A DNA stretch of 60,000 nt from NCBI RefSeq assembly GCF_009834535.1, contig NC_045696.1, positions 68,140,001 through 68,200,000 of the forward strand, written 5' to 3'. Made by a program: the position numbers and the translations under genes. This document shows positions 1 through 12,585 of this stretch, in pieces. Numbering within the stretch: position 1 is the first letter of the stretch; each line of letters starts with the position of its first letter. Under the pieces are notes generated by a model. That model was given only the letters and a program-made list of their open reading frames with translations, had not been told where the DNA came from and did not search any database. This DNA comes from Camelus ferus (Eukaryota).

Positions 1-50
1 GAGTTGAGTTTTCTGTTATTTGCAACCGAAAGCATCCTTAACAAATCTGG
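1..50 (+). mobile_element. 3' end of an MLT1 (ERVL-MaLR) solo LTR, truncated by the window edge
   Basis: gagttgagttttctgttatttgcaaccgaaagcatcc resembles the MLT1K/L-type LTR 3' terminus. Confidence 0.65.
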
Positions 51-639
51 GCATGTGTTGTGGGCCAGGCCTTTTGTTTGGTGATCTCTTAATAAAGTTG
101 TCTGTTGCAAACAGCTTAAAAAGGAGAGCCCACTACAAAGGAGCAAGTGATAACATCTCTTTAGTTGTTCCTCTTCAGTGAAGGAGGTGCTCAGATTTAC
201 AACTGAGAGATTGGGACAGGAGTTATAGGTGTCTGGCCCCTGTCTCAGCACCATCGTATATTTCTTTAATGAAGTGTGAGACCAGAACTCCATAAATTCA
301 CATAGTAGCAGAAGCAGGCAGCAGCTCGTCAGCGGAGCTATTCAGAGGGCCTAGCACCACTCTTTGTGTATTAGAGAAGTTCACAGCTGGCTAAAAATAG
401 GCTTGGAGAGAAGTCGCTTTTAGTCCGCAGCTCAGTTTGAATTTCTCTGGAGCCCCATTCTGGGCCACAGTGTATTTCCTTCTTCCTTTCATTTGAGTAA
501 GAGCACCCAGGCGGCTATGAGACAATAGATGCTTGGTTATCTTTAGGTCGGCCGTGCCCTGAAAGCAGAACTAGGGAGAAACAACAGTAACCCCTTGGGC
601 ACATGGAGTGTTACAGCTTTTTAATAAGTGCCCACACTG

Positions 640-905
640 ATTGAACCGTCACTGTGGGCGAGGCTTTCAATCCTCAAAACAACCCTATGAGAAAAATGCT
701 ATCCATAACCTCTTTTCTCTGATGAGGAACCTGAGGTTCAGCGCAGATAAGCAACTTATCGTAAGCACTGAATATGAAAACAAAAAAGTTTTTTTAATTC
801 AAAAATATTAGGTCACTCAGGTCATGTAGTTAGGAATTAGCAGGACCGGGATTTGAACCAAGGTCTGTCTGACTCTACTCAGAGCCTGTGCTCTTAGCTG
901 CCACT
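640..905 (-). mobile_element. MIR SINE
   Basis: aatcctcaaaacaaccctatgag...gatgaggaacctgaggttcag...ggatttgaaccaaggtctgtctgactc is the MIR core in reverse. Confidence 0.85.
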
Positions 906-984
906 CAGGCCGGTCGCCCAGGACTTGCTGCCTCACTTCTTTTTGATCATTAGAGCAGCCTTATGAAGTCGGCAGGGTGGGGAG

Positions 985-1115
985 ACTACTCCAGTTTACA
1001 GAGGCAAAAACTGAGGGCCAGAGAGGTGAAAAGGTGAAATGACTGGCCCAGGTCAACCCGTCCGTGCACAGGCCTTGAACCACACCTTCTGACTTTGAGT
1101 CCTGTGAGCACAGTA
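985..1115 (-). mobile_element. MIR SINE fragment
   Basis: tttacagaggcaaaaactgagggccagagaggtgaa...gactggcccaggtca. Confidence 0.75.
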
Positions 1116-1959
1116 CAAGCTCAGCGTTCAAGCCCCTCGGTTCTGAGAGAGGAACATTCTGAATTTGGGGGGATTGACTTCTGAGATTCAACAGCAGGCT
1201 CTGTATCAAAGAACCAAATACCCCAGAGCTAACCTGATTTATTCAGAGTCTATGATAGATAAGTTCTTACCTAGTACGTCTGTTGAGTGATCTTTGATGC
1301 TGACATTTAAAATCCCCAATATAATATTATTTCACTGTTCATTTAACAGTCCTTCAAATACTGGGAGGAGAGTGAGCTGGAAGGGATAGACGTCTTTAAT
1401 AGGGGACTGCCAATTTAGCTGATAAAGCTAGTATAATATCTCTTTGAACATTTAAATTATCCTGTGACAAGGAAGCTGAGAATTAACTTACAAGGGCGAT
1501 GGGGTAGGCATTGTACATGTGAATATTTTTTTTTAAACACCTGAGTTTTGAAAAATAAAAGTGGTCTGCCCACATTTTCAAGCACAGTGGTAATCAAAAG
1601 AGAGCTCTGTGGAGGTAATAATACCTTGTATTTAAATACTGCTTGTCTCTGAAGAGCTCAAAGCATGCTATAATCATTTCCTTATTATGATTCTCAAAAC
1701 TTCCTGGGTCAAAAAGTTACAAAGTTTATACCTTAGCAGACCAGCCTCAGTTTCCTCTAGGGAAATTGGAGGTGAAAAACCAGGCTACCGTCTCAGAATT
1801 CCATCTGTGCCCAAACCTTTCTCACTCTCCCACAACCTGCCCCCTCTGGTCTCCCCAGACCCCGGGTCCTTGTCATTTGACTACCCTATTGAGCTGTCTT
1901 TTTTTTTTTTTTTTTTTCTAGATGTAACTAGTGACTCTCATGACAGAGAACCATACAAT

Positions 1960-2145
1960 ATTTTAATTAGAAGTGCTTCACTTCAATGAGCTGGAGGCTG
2001 AGCTCTCCAGATGTGGCTAGAGAAGGGTCCCTTCAGTCAGAGTGGCTCCATTTTTACCTGCTTTTAGATAATACTGGAGATCTGCATGAAATTTCCTCTT
2101 TAAAGAGGATTTTTGCTGTTAAAAAAAAAAATTGAAATCCGCTAG
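1960..2145. mobile_element. hAT-Charlie-type DNA transposon remnant
   Basis: gagtggctccatttttacctgctttt...ttttgctgttaaaaaaaaaaattgaaatccgct resembles a Charlie-family terminal region. Confidence 0.5.
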
Positions 2146-2280
2146 CCCAATCTCACCCCTTCATTTTGCTGATGGAAAAACTGAGGCCCCAAGCAAGGGA
2201 GTAGCTTGTTCAAGGTTCCACTCCAATTGCTGGATGGCCCATCTGTCCTTGAACCCTGGTCTCTGGGTACCAGTCTAGTG
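2145..2280 (-). mobile_element. MIR SINE fragment
   Basis: cattttgctgatggaaaaactgaggcccc...cttgttcaaggt. Confidence 0.75.
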
Positions 2281-2775
2281 CTTTTGGCAGACCATCGGGT
2301 GGCTTGTCCCCCAGCTGTCACTTTCACTGGCGCGACCCCGGTCCCAAGTGTAGACCCGCAGTTGTGGGCTCACACAGAGGGTGACTTGAATGCTCCTGAC
2401 CAGACAAAATCTGCTTTATTTTTTTAGAGTTGAAGGGACTCATTTTACCTAACACGTTAGACTAGACCCCGCAGGAAAAAGCAGGGAGAATGAGTATGTG
2501 CCATTTTCACCTAGTCCCAAAACAGTTCTCCACCTCAACTAGGTCATGAAGAAAAAAAGTGTAAGTACAAACATACACATATATTTATATAGCTACCGCT
2601 TCCCAGGGAGCTCAAAGCATATATAAACACACACACACTTTATTAGTTCTCCTAAGGGGAAAGGAAGAGTAGTTATCGCCAGCCTCATTTTCTAGGGAGA
2701 AAATCAAGGCCCAGAAGAGACTCATCTTGACCAAATCATGGCCTGAATTGGTGGTGTTGGCCTAAGAATGTCTCA

Positions 2776-2903
2776 GGGGGAGGGTGTAGCTCAGTGGTAG
2801 AGCACATGCCTAGCATGTATGAGGTCCTGGTTTCAATCCCCAGTACCTCCACTAAAAATAAGTAAATAAACTTAATCCCACCCCCACCCCCCCAACCAAA
2901 AAG
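2776..2903 (+). mobile_element. Vic-1-like tRNA-Ala-derived SINE (copy 1)
   Basis: gggagggtgtagctcagtggtagagcacatgcctagcatgtatgaggtcctggtttcaatccccagtacctcc with A and B boxes and an A-rich tail; imperfect TSD agaatgtct (2765) / agaatatct (2904). Confidence 0.92.
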
Positions 2904-2949
2904 AGAATATCTAAACATTGGTGGTATCATATTGTGTTCTGGGAACAAA

Positions 2950-3050
2950 GTCTGGGAATTCGAGGACCCAAGCTGTAGACTTGTGTTGAGCTGTGGCCTT
3001 GGTCGGGCGAGTTCTTCATCCCCTGAACCTCAGTTTCCCCATATGGTAAG
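2950..3050 (+). mobile_element. MIR SINE fragment
   Basis: gctgtggccttggtcgggcgagttcttcatcccctgaacctcagtttccccat. Confidence 0.7.
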
Positions 3051-3529
3051 TGGATAGGGGAGGGGTGTGGGCCACTCGCTCTTCAAGTGATGTGTGCAGA
3101 GGTTGAAACGAGCAGGAGCTGAGCCGGGGGCAGCCCACCTGGATGGGCCGTGACTAACCCTGGGTATTCTAGTCTTTGCAGGGCATGCAGCTGGCAGCCC
3201 GTGGGATAGTTTTGTTGGAGTCCTAGACCAGACCACATACCAAGGGCTGAAAATGGGGAGGGGAGTGGGGAGTAAGGTGCAGTGGGTTGTAGCGAGTGGT
3301 GTTCAGTGCACCCAAACTCTAAGGCATGGAGATCCTTGATTGGTTCTGCTGATGGGGGGCTTGCCCCTCTGGCCTCAAGGAGGCAGGCCAGGAGCAAGAT
3401 GGGGTCTGGCTCTGTTAGAGACCCCAGAGGTATCCTGGGAGGAGTAATTTTTGGCTATTCTCAGCTTTCCTTTCTTTTCATTTTTCCTAGAATGGCAGTT
3501 ACCTCCTTAAAAGTTATCTCTGATGCTAC

Positions 3530-4015
3530 TCCAAAGAAGATGTGTAAATAGCCAACAAGCACATGAGAAGATGCTCAGTGTTACTAGTCAACAGGGAAAT
3601 GCAAATCAAACCCACAATGTGATACCACTTCCCACCCGCTAGAATGGCTAGAATGGAAAAAAAAAAAAAAAGGAAAATAACATGTGTTTCGTGAGGCTGG
3701 AGAGAAATGGAATCCTCGTATATTGCAGATGGGAATGTAAAATGAAGCAGCCACTGTGGAATACAATTTGGTGGTTCCACAATAAGTTAAACAGAAAATT
3801 ATCATATGATTCAGCAATTCTACCCCTACATATCTGTCCCAAAGAGTTGAATATGGGGACCCAAGCAGCTTGTACACCTGGGTCCATAGTGGCATTGCTC
3901 ACAATAGACAAAAAAGTGGAAACAACCAAATGTTCATCAATGCATGAATGGATAAACAAATTGTGGCATAGACCTACAATGGAATAGTATTCAGCCACAA
4001 ACAGAAAAGAATTCT
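3530..4015 (+). mobile_element. Old LINE-1 fragment (ORF2 C-terminus / 3' region)
   Basis: aagcacatgagaagatgctca...gggaaatgcaaatcaaacccacaatg...gaatggataaacaaattgtgg; the ORF at 3682 translates to degenerate L1 ORF2 C-terminal motifs (CRWECKMKQPLWNTIW, YDSAILPL). Confidence 0.92.
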
Positions 4016-4499
4016 TCTAGCTGGCAGAATCATGCACTGGATTGGGTTGGATGAGATTAGCTCAGATGTGGATTAGAAGTAAGGAAGACAGGGAATAAGG
4101 CCCACCCCTAACATTTGTGAAGTCTGAGGCAAGTGTGCAAAATGAGGCCCCTGTCTGGCCGCTTGCCTCCTCCTGTCCCCACCCCTGCTCACTAATGCAG
4201 TGTGAGTGCCCGGCATGCATGCACTGACAAGGCACGGGCTCTGGCCTCCTGACAAAGACCCGCCCACAACCCGCTCCCCACTCCAGCCCCTCCCTGCCCC
4301 ATGCACACAGCTGCCCTTGGTCTAGGGGGCGCACCCACTAGCCTCATGTTTGTCCCCCAAAGGACAGACCTGGGGAAGCAAGATTCTAGCAGTGAGTTTA
4401 GGAGATGGGCCAGCCTGGGGCCCCAAAAGGGCAATGTCCTGCTGGACCACCCAGGAGCCGAGGTGGCTCTAGTCTAAAGCAAGACTAGAAGGAACTATG

Positions 4500-4670
4500 G
4501 TTTATTGCGCCAGGCCATGGTAAGTCAGTTTCTGTTTGTCATTGATCCTTATCACAATCTCAGAAACTATTACTTGCCCCAGTTTTACAGGTGAGTTTCA
4601 TTAAAGTGAAGTGACTCATTGAGGGCCACACAGCAAGTAAGTGGCAGTGATTCTAAATCTGAGTTCTTTT
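4500..4670 (-). mobile_element. MIR SINE
   Basis: ccccagttttacaggtgag...gtgactcattgagggccacacagcaagtaagtggcag. Confidence 0.75.
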
Positions 4671-5299
4671 CAAGAACAGTGATCTTCCAGGAGACAACTG
4701 GAGAAGGCACGAGAAAATTCTAAGGATGCTTTCTAGACAGAGGTGGTGTATTTTGCCATCAGAAGTCAGGCCATGTAGCCGGTTAGATAGGCTTTTGCCC
4801 TCGGTTAGCTTGGTGATGAGGGGTTGTCTTTTGCAGGCTCCCTTCACAGCTCTGTGAGGGCCACCCAGAGCGTGTTGCATGGTGTTCCAGCAGTTCAGGC
4901 TGACAGGGTGACAGTGAACTGTGGCTCAGCCACATCTGCTGGGGCTGCACAGCTGTCTGTCTAGCCCCTTCCCCGCAGCACAGCTGTGGAGAGGCACCCT
5001 TGCGTTCTCCAGTAAACAAGGCAGAGCGGTTGCCTTGGTGTCTTTCCATCCCTCTCAGCCTCTTAGGAGATTATTTGCATCACAGTCCAGAAGCCGAGAA
5101 GCCTCTGAGCAGCACAATGAGATAAATTAAACCAGAACTTTCCTTTACTACTTTCCTGGCTACTTAAGAAAACATTTCCTGTTCTCTTATAGTGCCTTGG
5201 TTTCCTCGTTTGGAAACGAGACATGTAGGTACTGACTTCATATGGTGAAGGGCTTTAAAAATTGCTTCTGATTGTTGCTTTTTAAATAGCGCTGTTCAA

Positions 5300-5435
5300 G
5301 TTTGGAAGGGTCGATGAACTACCTGGGAGGTAGTGAGTTCCCCTGAACAGATGATGGAAGACTTGGTGCGATGGTAATGGTGTGAAAGATTTAAAGATTA
5401 GGTGATCTCTTAAGTCCCTTTTAGCCTTATGACTA
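5300..5435 (+). mobile_element. L3/CR1 or MIR3 3' end remnant
   Basis: gaactacctgggaggtagtgagttcccc...attaggtgatctcttaagtcccttttagccttatga. Confidence 0.55.
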
Positions 5436-5469
5436 ATTAAAACTCCTCTTCTTTATAATAAAAGAGAAA

Positions 5470-6490
5470 TTGTGTTAAGTACCATAAAGAAGCGCAGACT
5501 GGGCCCTCGCAAAGATGTTACATGAAGGAGAGGTTGATTCTGGCTGAGAGTTGTAGGATGTTTCCTGAAAGGGACGTCATTTGAATTTGGCCTGAAGAAA
5601 TGGCTAGAACTTGATGGGAGGAACAGCAGGAGCAAAAGATGTGGAGCATGAGGTAGCAGTGCATGAGGGCCATTGTACAGTTAAATGCAAGTAGTTTATT
5701 TTTCTTGTGATGTGATGTAGAAAGGGGGAGATATTGCTGGCATAGTGACTTGAAGTTAGAGGAGAAGATGAAGATGTTGAAGCTGGAGACATTTTGCATT
5801 TATTCTGAAAACCAGAGGAAGTTATCTGTTTATTTGTTTGCTTGCTTGCTTCTTAAGCAAGAGTGATGAAATTGTCCTTAATGCTGTTCACTGGATATTT
5901 CTGGGTCTACACCTTTTGGCCATATGATCGTGGCCAGCTGGGGGTGGGGTTATGGGATCGGTTCTGCCCAATGAACTGTGAGCAGAAGTAGTTTTGCCAC
6001 CTCCAGGCAAACACTGAACTGTCCGTGTGAGACCCTCTGGAGCTCTCTCCTCTCTCTCCTACAGCCTCAGCAGTGTATCAGATAGTGGCCGCTTCATCAA
6101 CCAGGGTCTCAGAATAGGGACAATAATGACATGCAGCTGAATCCCCAGCTGCCAAAGGTGGATTTGTAATGAGAGTGAGAAATAAGCTTTGTTGTTTCAA
6201 GTCACTGTAACATTGGGTTTGTCTTTTACTGCAGCATAGCTTAACTTAACCTGACTGATGCAAGTAACAAAGTCAGGACTGTACTTCAGGGCTGTGGGAA
6301 GCAAGAAAGGTTGTCTTTAGGAGAAACTGGAAGGAGGAAGAAGAGTTAGGAGAGAGTTCAGGAGACCAAAAAAGAGACGATGAACCTATGAGGAAGGGCA
6401 GTGGACAGCAAGATGAAATGGAAGTTACAGACGCGATGACTTTCAAAGGAGACTCTGAAAACTGAGCCATCATAGGACCTGGCAAACAAT
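5470..6490 (-). mobile_element. LINE-2 remnant, split by an MLT1 LTR
   Basis: purine-rich L2-like text (ttcctgaaagggacgtcatttgaatttggcctgaagaaatgg; ggcagtggacagcaagatg...cataggacctggca) on both sides of the LTR. Confidence 0.6.
5900..6262 (+). mobile_element. MLT1 (I/J-like) solo LTR
   Basis: ggttctgcccaatgaactgtgagcagaagt...gagtgagaaataagcttttgttgtttcaagtcactg...actgcagcatagcttaacttaacctgactgatgca. Confidence 0.85.
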
Positions 6491-8149
6491 TTATCTGCAG
6501 ACAGATTTTTGTCTACTTTCAGTGTCCCACTCTGGTGCAACAAACAGGATTCCCCCAAAGTATCCCTGGGAACTCATTCTGTTTTGCCTGGACAATTAAT
6601 TCTTTGGAACCAGAGGCTCCCCCTTCTCCCAGAAGGAGGAACTGCACCCAAATTTGGCTTCCAATGGGACCTGGCAGATTTCCTCTCCCAAGTAGGAGGG
6701 GCTGCTTCTGAACCCAACTTCCTATGACCCCCAGGGTGTACAGGTGCTACGCAGTTTTCTTAGGAAGCTCCTGTAAACCCTGAAACTCACTGGCGTATAA
6801 AAGCCAGACAGCCTGGCACCCATGCAGTCCACAGTTGCCCTCCACCCCCACCTCACTTAAGTGTATTCTCAAGCATGACCTTTAAAAGGGAACATGCAGC
6901 TCTGGCAAATCTAGCAGGGTGTCCTGGCCCTAGCATATCTCTCCATGGAGAAATGAGAGACTGGTCCACATGCCTTCCACTGCTGACCTTAACTTTGTAC
7001 GTTTCCCTAATAACCCATGTTGTGCTCTGTGCCCAAAGGGACTCAGCCTGCACGACCACCACGAACGCAGATTTACTGTGATGCTCCAGGCAGGGAGATG
7101 GGAGAGTAGGCATACAGAGGGCCGGACAGATGCATCCTGCTGGCCTGGGGGTCATTCAAACAGAAAGACCGAGAACACCCAGGATGGGAGTGAAAACACA
7201 AAGCTTAATGTGAAAGTGTAACGGCTCTCCAAGATGTGCACATCCCTCCACCTTGGTAAAAATTATTTGATTGAATTCCGTAAATCACCTTTTTTTTTTT
7301 GAAAAGAGGGTCAATATTGTTCCAAATGATTAGCCTGCTCATTTCCATTTTTCACCTCCATCACAGAGCTCCATGGGGAGTTCTCTAAGGATCACAAAGC
7401 ATGGACAACTGACCTGTGAGTTGGTTCCTTGGGGCTCAGGGCAGGCTTCCTGGATACTGCTCGAAATGGTAAGCGGAGCCCCAGCCCATCTCTCTAAAGT
7501 GTCTGAGCCCCATAATATAATTGAAGCATGGTATGTTTGTGTTAAAAATAGTAAAACACACTCTAGTAATTTCAAATCTAGGGCAGTATTTTTGTTTGAG
7601 TTTTTAGGTGGCATATTGGTCCTTGAAGAAAGCAGACGATAAGGGTACCGACGGGCACTTTTGCAGAACTGCTGAGGTAATTTCTGGGCATTTTCAAGGG
7701 CTTTAAGGGGCTGATGAAACCGGGTCCTCCTAGTGCTAATTTCACTACAAAGTGCAAGTCTTCTTTCGCCTTTCACTTGGGGTACCATCAGCGCTGTACT
7801 TAGGGCTGTCAGTCTGACAGAGTGGTTTAAGGCTCACAGCGGAGTTGGTGAAGGGGAAGGAGGGAAGAGGGGAGGTTTTCCATTGGGAATGGGAGAGAGC
7901 TGGAGGGGAGACAGGAGGAGAGGGCTGGAGAGGCTGTTTGCATGAGTGAAAGAGAAATGGCTTGAGGGCCATTACCTCAGTGGGTAGGCGGTGAATGAGG
8001 GCAAAGGGGAAGGTGTGGTTAGTGCAAGATTCCCCGAGAGGGAAGAAACCTTGTGGGGAAGCCAGCCCGCTGCCTGCCATATTGGTTTCTACCCGAGGGT
8101 GGGGAACAGAAGCCTAGTGTGTGGGATGGGCTGCAGTCGGAGGGGCACG

Positions 8150-8172
8150 TGTATGTGTGTGTGTGTGTGTTT
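8150..8172. repeat. (GT)n microsatellite
   Basis: gtatgtgtgtgtgtgtgtgt. Confidence 0.9.
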
Positions 8173-8274
8173 GTGGGTGGGTGGGGATTGGATAGACTGG
8201 AGCCAGTTTCTTGGTGACCACGGCGGCAGTGTGGTGTAAGAGGCCTCTAAGTTCTCATTCTGACTTCTACTTTA

Positions 8275-8929
8275 TCTTTATTTGTTTTTTTAATTGAAGT
8301 ATAGTCAGTTTACAATGTTGGGTCAGTTTCTGCTGTACAGCACACTGTTTCAGTCATACATATACATCCATATATTTGTTTTCATGTTCTTTTTCATTAT
8401 AGGTCACTACATGATATTGAACATAGTTCCCTGTGCTATACAGTATAACTTTGTTGTATATCTATTTTATATATAGTAGTTAGTATCTGCAAATCTAAAA
8501 CTCCCAGTTTATCCCTTCCCACCCTGGTAAACATAAGTATGTTTTCTACATCTGTGAGTCTGTTTCTGTTTTGTAAATAAGTACATTTCTCTCTCTCTCT
8601 CTCTCTCTTTTAGATTCCACCTATGAATGATATCATATGATATTTTTCTTTCTCTTTCTGGCTTACTTCACTTAGAATGACAATCCCCAGGTCCACCCAT
8701 GTTGCTGCAAATGACATTATTTTATTGTTTTTTATGGTTGAGTAGTATTGCATTGTATAAATATATCACAACTTCCTCATCCAGTCCTCTGTTGATGGAC
8801 ATTTAGGTTGTTTCTATGTCTTGGCTATTGTAAATAGTGCCGCTATGAACATTGAGGTACGTGTATCTTTTCGAATTACAGTTCCCTCTGGGTACATGCC
8901 CAGGAGTGGGACTGCTGGATCATGTGGTA
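8275..8929 (-). mobile_element. Young 5'-truncated LINE-1 (3' UTR) with a perfect 15-bp TSD
   Basis: ttttttaattgaagtatagtcagtttacaatgttg...catgttgctgcaaatgacatta...; TSD ctgacttctacttta at 8260-8274 and 8930-8944; internal (CT)n at ~8588-8607. Confidence 0.95.
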
Positions 8930-10729
8930 CTGACTTCTACTTTACTTCACTACTTGTGTAATGAGTGCCCGCTGGGTGCCCAGCCCAGTGATGCGTGCTG
9001 AAGGGTCAAGAGTGATGTCGCCATCTTGAGGCTCTTAGGGCTGATGAGGAGGAGCTGTCCCACCTGCTGTGTTCTGTGGTCATGTCACTTACCCTCCCGG
9101 GAGCGTGTGGGTTATGTCTCTGGGTGACTGCTCTTCCTGATACCGAACCCAGGATTGTGTTGATTTCTCCATCCTGCCACCAGCAGTGCTGGACAATAGA
9201 GGCCTCCCATGTGCCCAGGGAGGGCCTCGATTGCTCTGTTTACACTGGGGCAAGAGCAATCAGAACACAAATTCTTCGAAAAGGGGAGCTAGTGGGAAGG
9301 TGCCGGACCATGACCCTGCTTCCAAAAGGCTCATCTGAGAAGTCACTCTGCTTCTTTGCACCCACTTCAGTGCAGAGAGGCCACCTTCGTAGCTCCCTAT
9401 CTAGAAGCAACCATCAGAATAGGGAAACAGTCAGAGTAGGGAAAAGGTTTCCCCTCCTAACAGACATATGGTCGGGAGATTTATTCTAGCCCACAACTGC
9501 TTTGTCAGTTTCCACTGGGCTAATTGTTCTCTAAACTGGATAAGAAAGGAGAGCAAAATAGGACCCAAACACATATACAGTGACGTATGCATCTCCATCT
9601 CAATACATTCTAGTGGGAAAAAATAATTAGATGCTCATCAAAAGATTGCTCGAGTATATACCTGGTTTCACATTATTATAAAAAGATATACATCACATTT
9701 ACTAATTTCACTTAAAATGTAGTAGCTTATCTTGTTTGCATGTCCAGTTCTTTTTTTTTTTTTGCATATTGTAAAACTGAGCAACAAAGTTCCTCTAAAT
9801 GCAAGCAGGTTGGAGCCTTAACATGATCAATAAAAGAAACTTGGCCACAAAGTGTGTCCTCAAGCTATTGGAGCATAAACCTGAACCGGTATTGTGTCGG
9901 TTGCAATTTGCTCTCATTTATCCATCAGCATCCTCGCCAACTAAATATAAGTATGTGAAGAGCAGTTGCAGATATAGACAGGCATCCGTGTCTCTTGAAT
10001 TATTAAGAACCACTGACTTGTTCAAAAGTTCTGATTTCTCCCGTGAGGTACTTTTCATATCTTATTTTGATATCTGAATGCAAATGAGCCTTAGTAAACC
10101 CTTCCTCACCTGGGTTCTTTGCATGGTGGTGCAACTCCATCTGTGTCCATCTGTTTATTACAGACAATTAACAAATATATAGCTCAGTTTAGCTTTATAC
10201 AAATCGACTATTAGGGGAGCTACCAAAAAAAATACTTGAAGGTGAAAACAAGCCTATCTTTAATTACAGCTCTGTTGATTCTGGGATTTCTATAGTTACT
10301 ATGATTTGCAACAATGTGTAGGCATGTTCACTGCTAAGAACTCCAGACCAAGAATGGAGAGTTTGAGTCCTTACTAACCCTTGGATCTGGAGCACTCGCC
10401 TCCTCTGTCCGTCCTTGGGAAAATCGGGATAAGCATCCTTTCCGTGCCTGTCTTCCTGGCTTGTTCAGCGGCATAGATAAAAAGACAGATGTGATAGCTC
10501 TTGGTGACATTATCCAAGCAGGTAAGGAGGACCATGACTCTGCCTAGAAGAGCCCTAGAACACAAGGGGCACATCTGCCTGTGTCCTGGGAGATGCACAG
10601 ACACCGAGAACACTTAGGAAAAACTGCTGTTGCTGTTGTTGTTTCAGGTATTTTCATCATTTAGCAGCCATGACCAGATGTAGTGGTAATCGCACCTCTT
10701 CCTTTCAGGTGCCTCATACATCTTGTGTA

Positions 10730-10980
10730 TATTTAATTCAACAAGCACTGATGAAGAGCCTACTATGCACCAGGCACTGTCGCCGGGGATGTGGAATTGG
10801 GCAAGAACCATTCTTACACACACAAGTGATTCTGATGAAAGGCAGACATGTGAATGGGGTCTTGTGACCATATCAGCTCTTTGTTGAAGGAGAGTTTAAT
10901 TCACATGGGGAGTGGGTTGGAGGGGTGTTGTAGGAAAGGTGCGATTTCAGCGGGTCTTAAAAGGACCCTAAAAGGTCCAC
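10730..10980 (-). mobile_element. LINE-2 3' fragment
   Basis: atttaattcaacaagcactgatgaagagcctactatgcaccaggcactgt. Confidence 0.75.
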
Positions 10981-12585
10981 TGGAGACGCTAAATCCTTTC
11001 TAAACAACTGGAGAAAAAAAAAATCACTTTTAGCAGTAAGGCTGGTTGAACCCTTCCCTGGCTGGCAAACTTGCTTCTGTCTTCTTTCCTCTTCTTCATG
11101 TCTGAATGTCCGGGGTTTAGCAGAGGACCAGGACATAGTGCACCTTCAGCAAATGTCATGGAGGGAATTACTGAGTAAAGCCATACTGCGTTTTTGGAAT
11201 GCAGTTGGGTGGGTCAGACACTGAAGGGAGAGAGTGCACCTTGCTTCAAGACCTTGACAAGGTCATGAAAGTCTTCGTCTCTCATCAGGACACTGGAGAG
11301 ACACATCTGATCTGCCTTACAGGCTTGAGAGCTATTTGCTGCTTGGGAGGTCTCGGGAATTGACTGCCAAGTAGCAAGAATAAAGCTACTTTCTGGAAGC
11401 ATGCTGGGGACGATAATGACTATCATATGAGATTTAAGATGGGGAGAGCATCAGAAGCAGCAGCCATCCCTGTTCAGTACAGGAGGACCAGCCTGAGCAC
11501 TAATACTAGAATAAAAGAAAAAGGTAATTAACAAAGGTAATTGTCTATCATGGTGAGGAAAGCTTCCTAGGGCACTTCTATTTAAGAAGGTCAATTATCT
11601 TCATAGATAGCTAGAATATTAGAGTGATTGGGGGGGAAACGGCTGGTGTTGAATCTGTAATTATTGATGACATGTTAATGAGTTGAGAAAAAGTAAGCTG
11701 ATTGGCCCAAAGACTTAACATGGAAAGCTCATTGGGGAATAGCAGAAGGTGGGTTGGTCAACACTTGGGTTATTGTCATGCAGTTATCAAGTAGTAAGTG
11801 CTTCCTGTGTCAGCAGAAATAATGCCTGAGGGGCAGGCAGGGGCTTGCAGGCGCAGGGATTGTACTTTTTGGGGTAGTCTCTGCAAGGCGCAGGCAGCAC
11901 TGTCAAGAGCAGCCTCTGCCTCTATCCTCACCCACCTGCAGGACTAATTTCGTCTTTGTTTTGGCTATTAGTGGCATCTTTCAGCTGCAAGTTCCCTTGT
12001 ATAAAGCATGATGTTTCACAGGCACATAGAACACTTTTACATATTCGGATTCATTTTGTCCAATTTGCAAGAGTCAGAAAAAGACTGTTGACCTCCAGTT
12101 ATGGATATTGAATGTAATGAGGAAATAAAGAGGGAAGCCTCTTTCTGGCTGTGAGGTAAGCCCTTAGGAGAAGTTTGCTGCCATTCTGTAAAGAGCTGCC
12201 ATGCATTGTGGCCACTGCTCATCTGTGGAGGCCCCTTGCAGCCCCTCCAGTCACTCTGACCTTCCCGTGCCTCGGCTTGTCCTCCCTGCCGGCACATCTT
12301 CCTGCAGTGGCTACTGACATCTTGGCTCTAAGTTTCTCCTATCTCACGGCTTCTCCTGTCTGAGCTCACTCCTGGGTCTCTGAGAGTCTCCATTTCAGCA
12401 CCCACTTGTCCCCACCGGTGGTGGTAGCACCTTCAAGAGAAAACTATGCCGCCCAGAGGATCCAGAGGATCTCTGTTGGTGGGACTGGCTGTGTAAGTGT
12501 GCAAACCGTTTAGTTGTCTCCTCTGGAAAGACTCTCAGCAGTGTGATACCTCCATGAAGACACACATTACATTGTAATGTCTTTA

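Noticed and set aside
2776..2851. tRNA-Ala-like sequences (five copies)
   Set aside because: Each has mismatched stems, an A-rich tail and TSDs, so they are SINEs rather than functional tRNA genes
6275..6465. Plus-strand acidic reading (KEEEELGESSGDQKRDDE...) that looks exon-like
   Set aside because: Follows purine-rich LINE-2 antisense sequence; no convincing splice sites or protein family match
12394..12415. ttcagcacc REST half-sites (also near 245 and 56164 on the minus strand)
   Set aside because: No GGACAG right half at the canonical spacing
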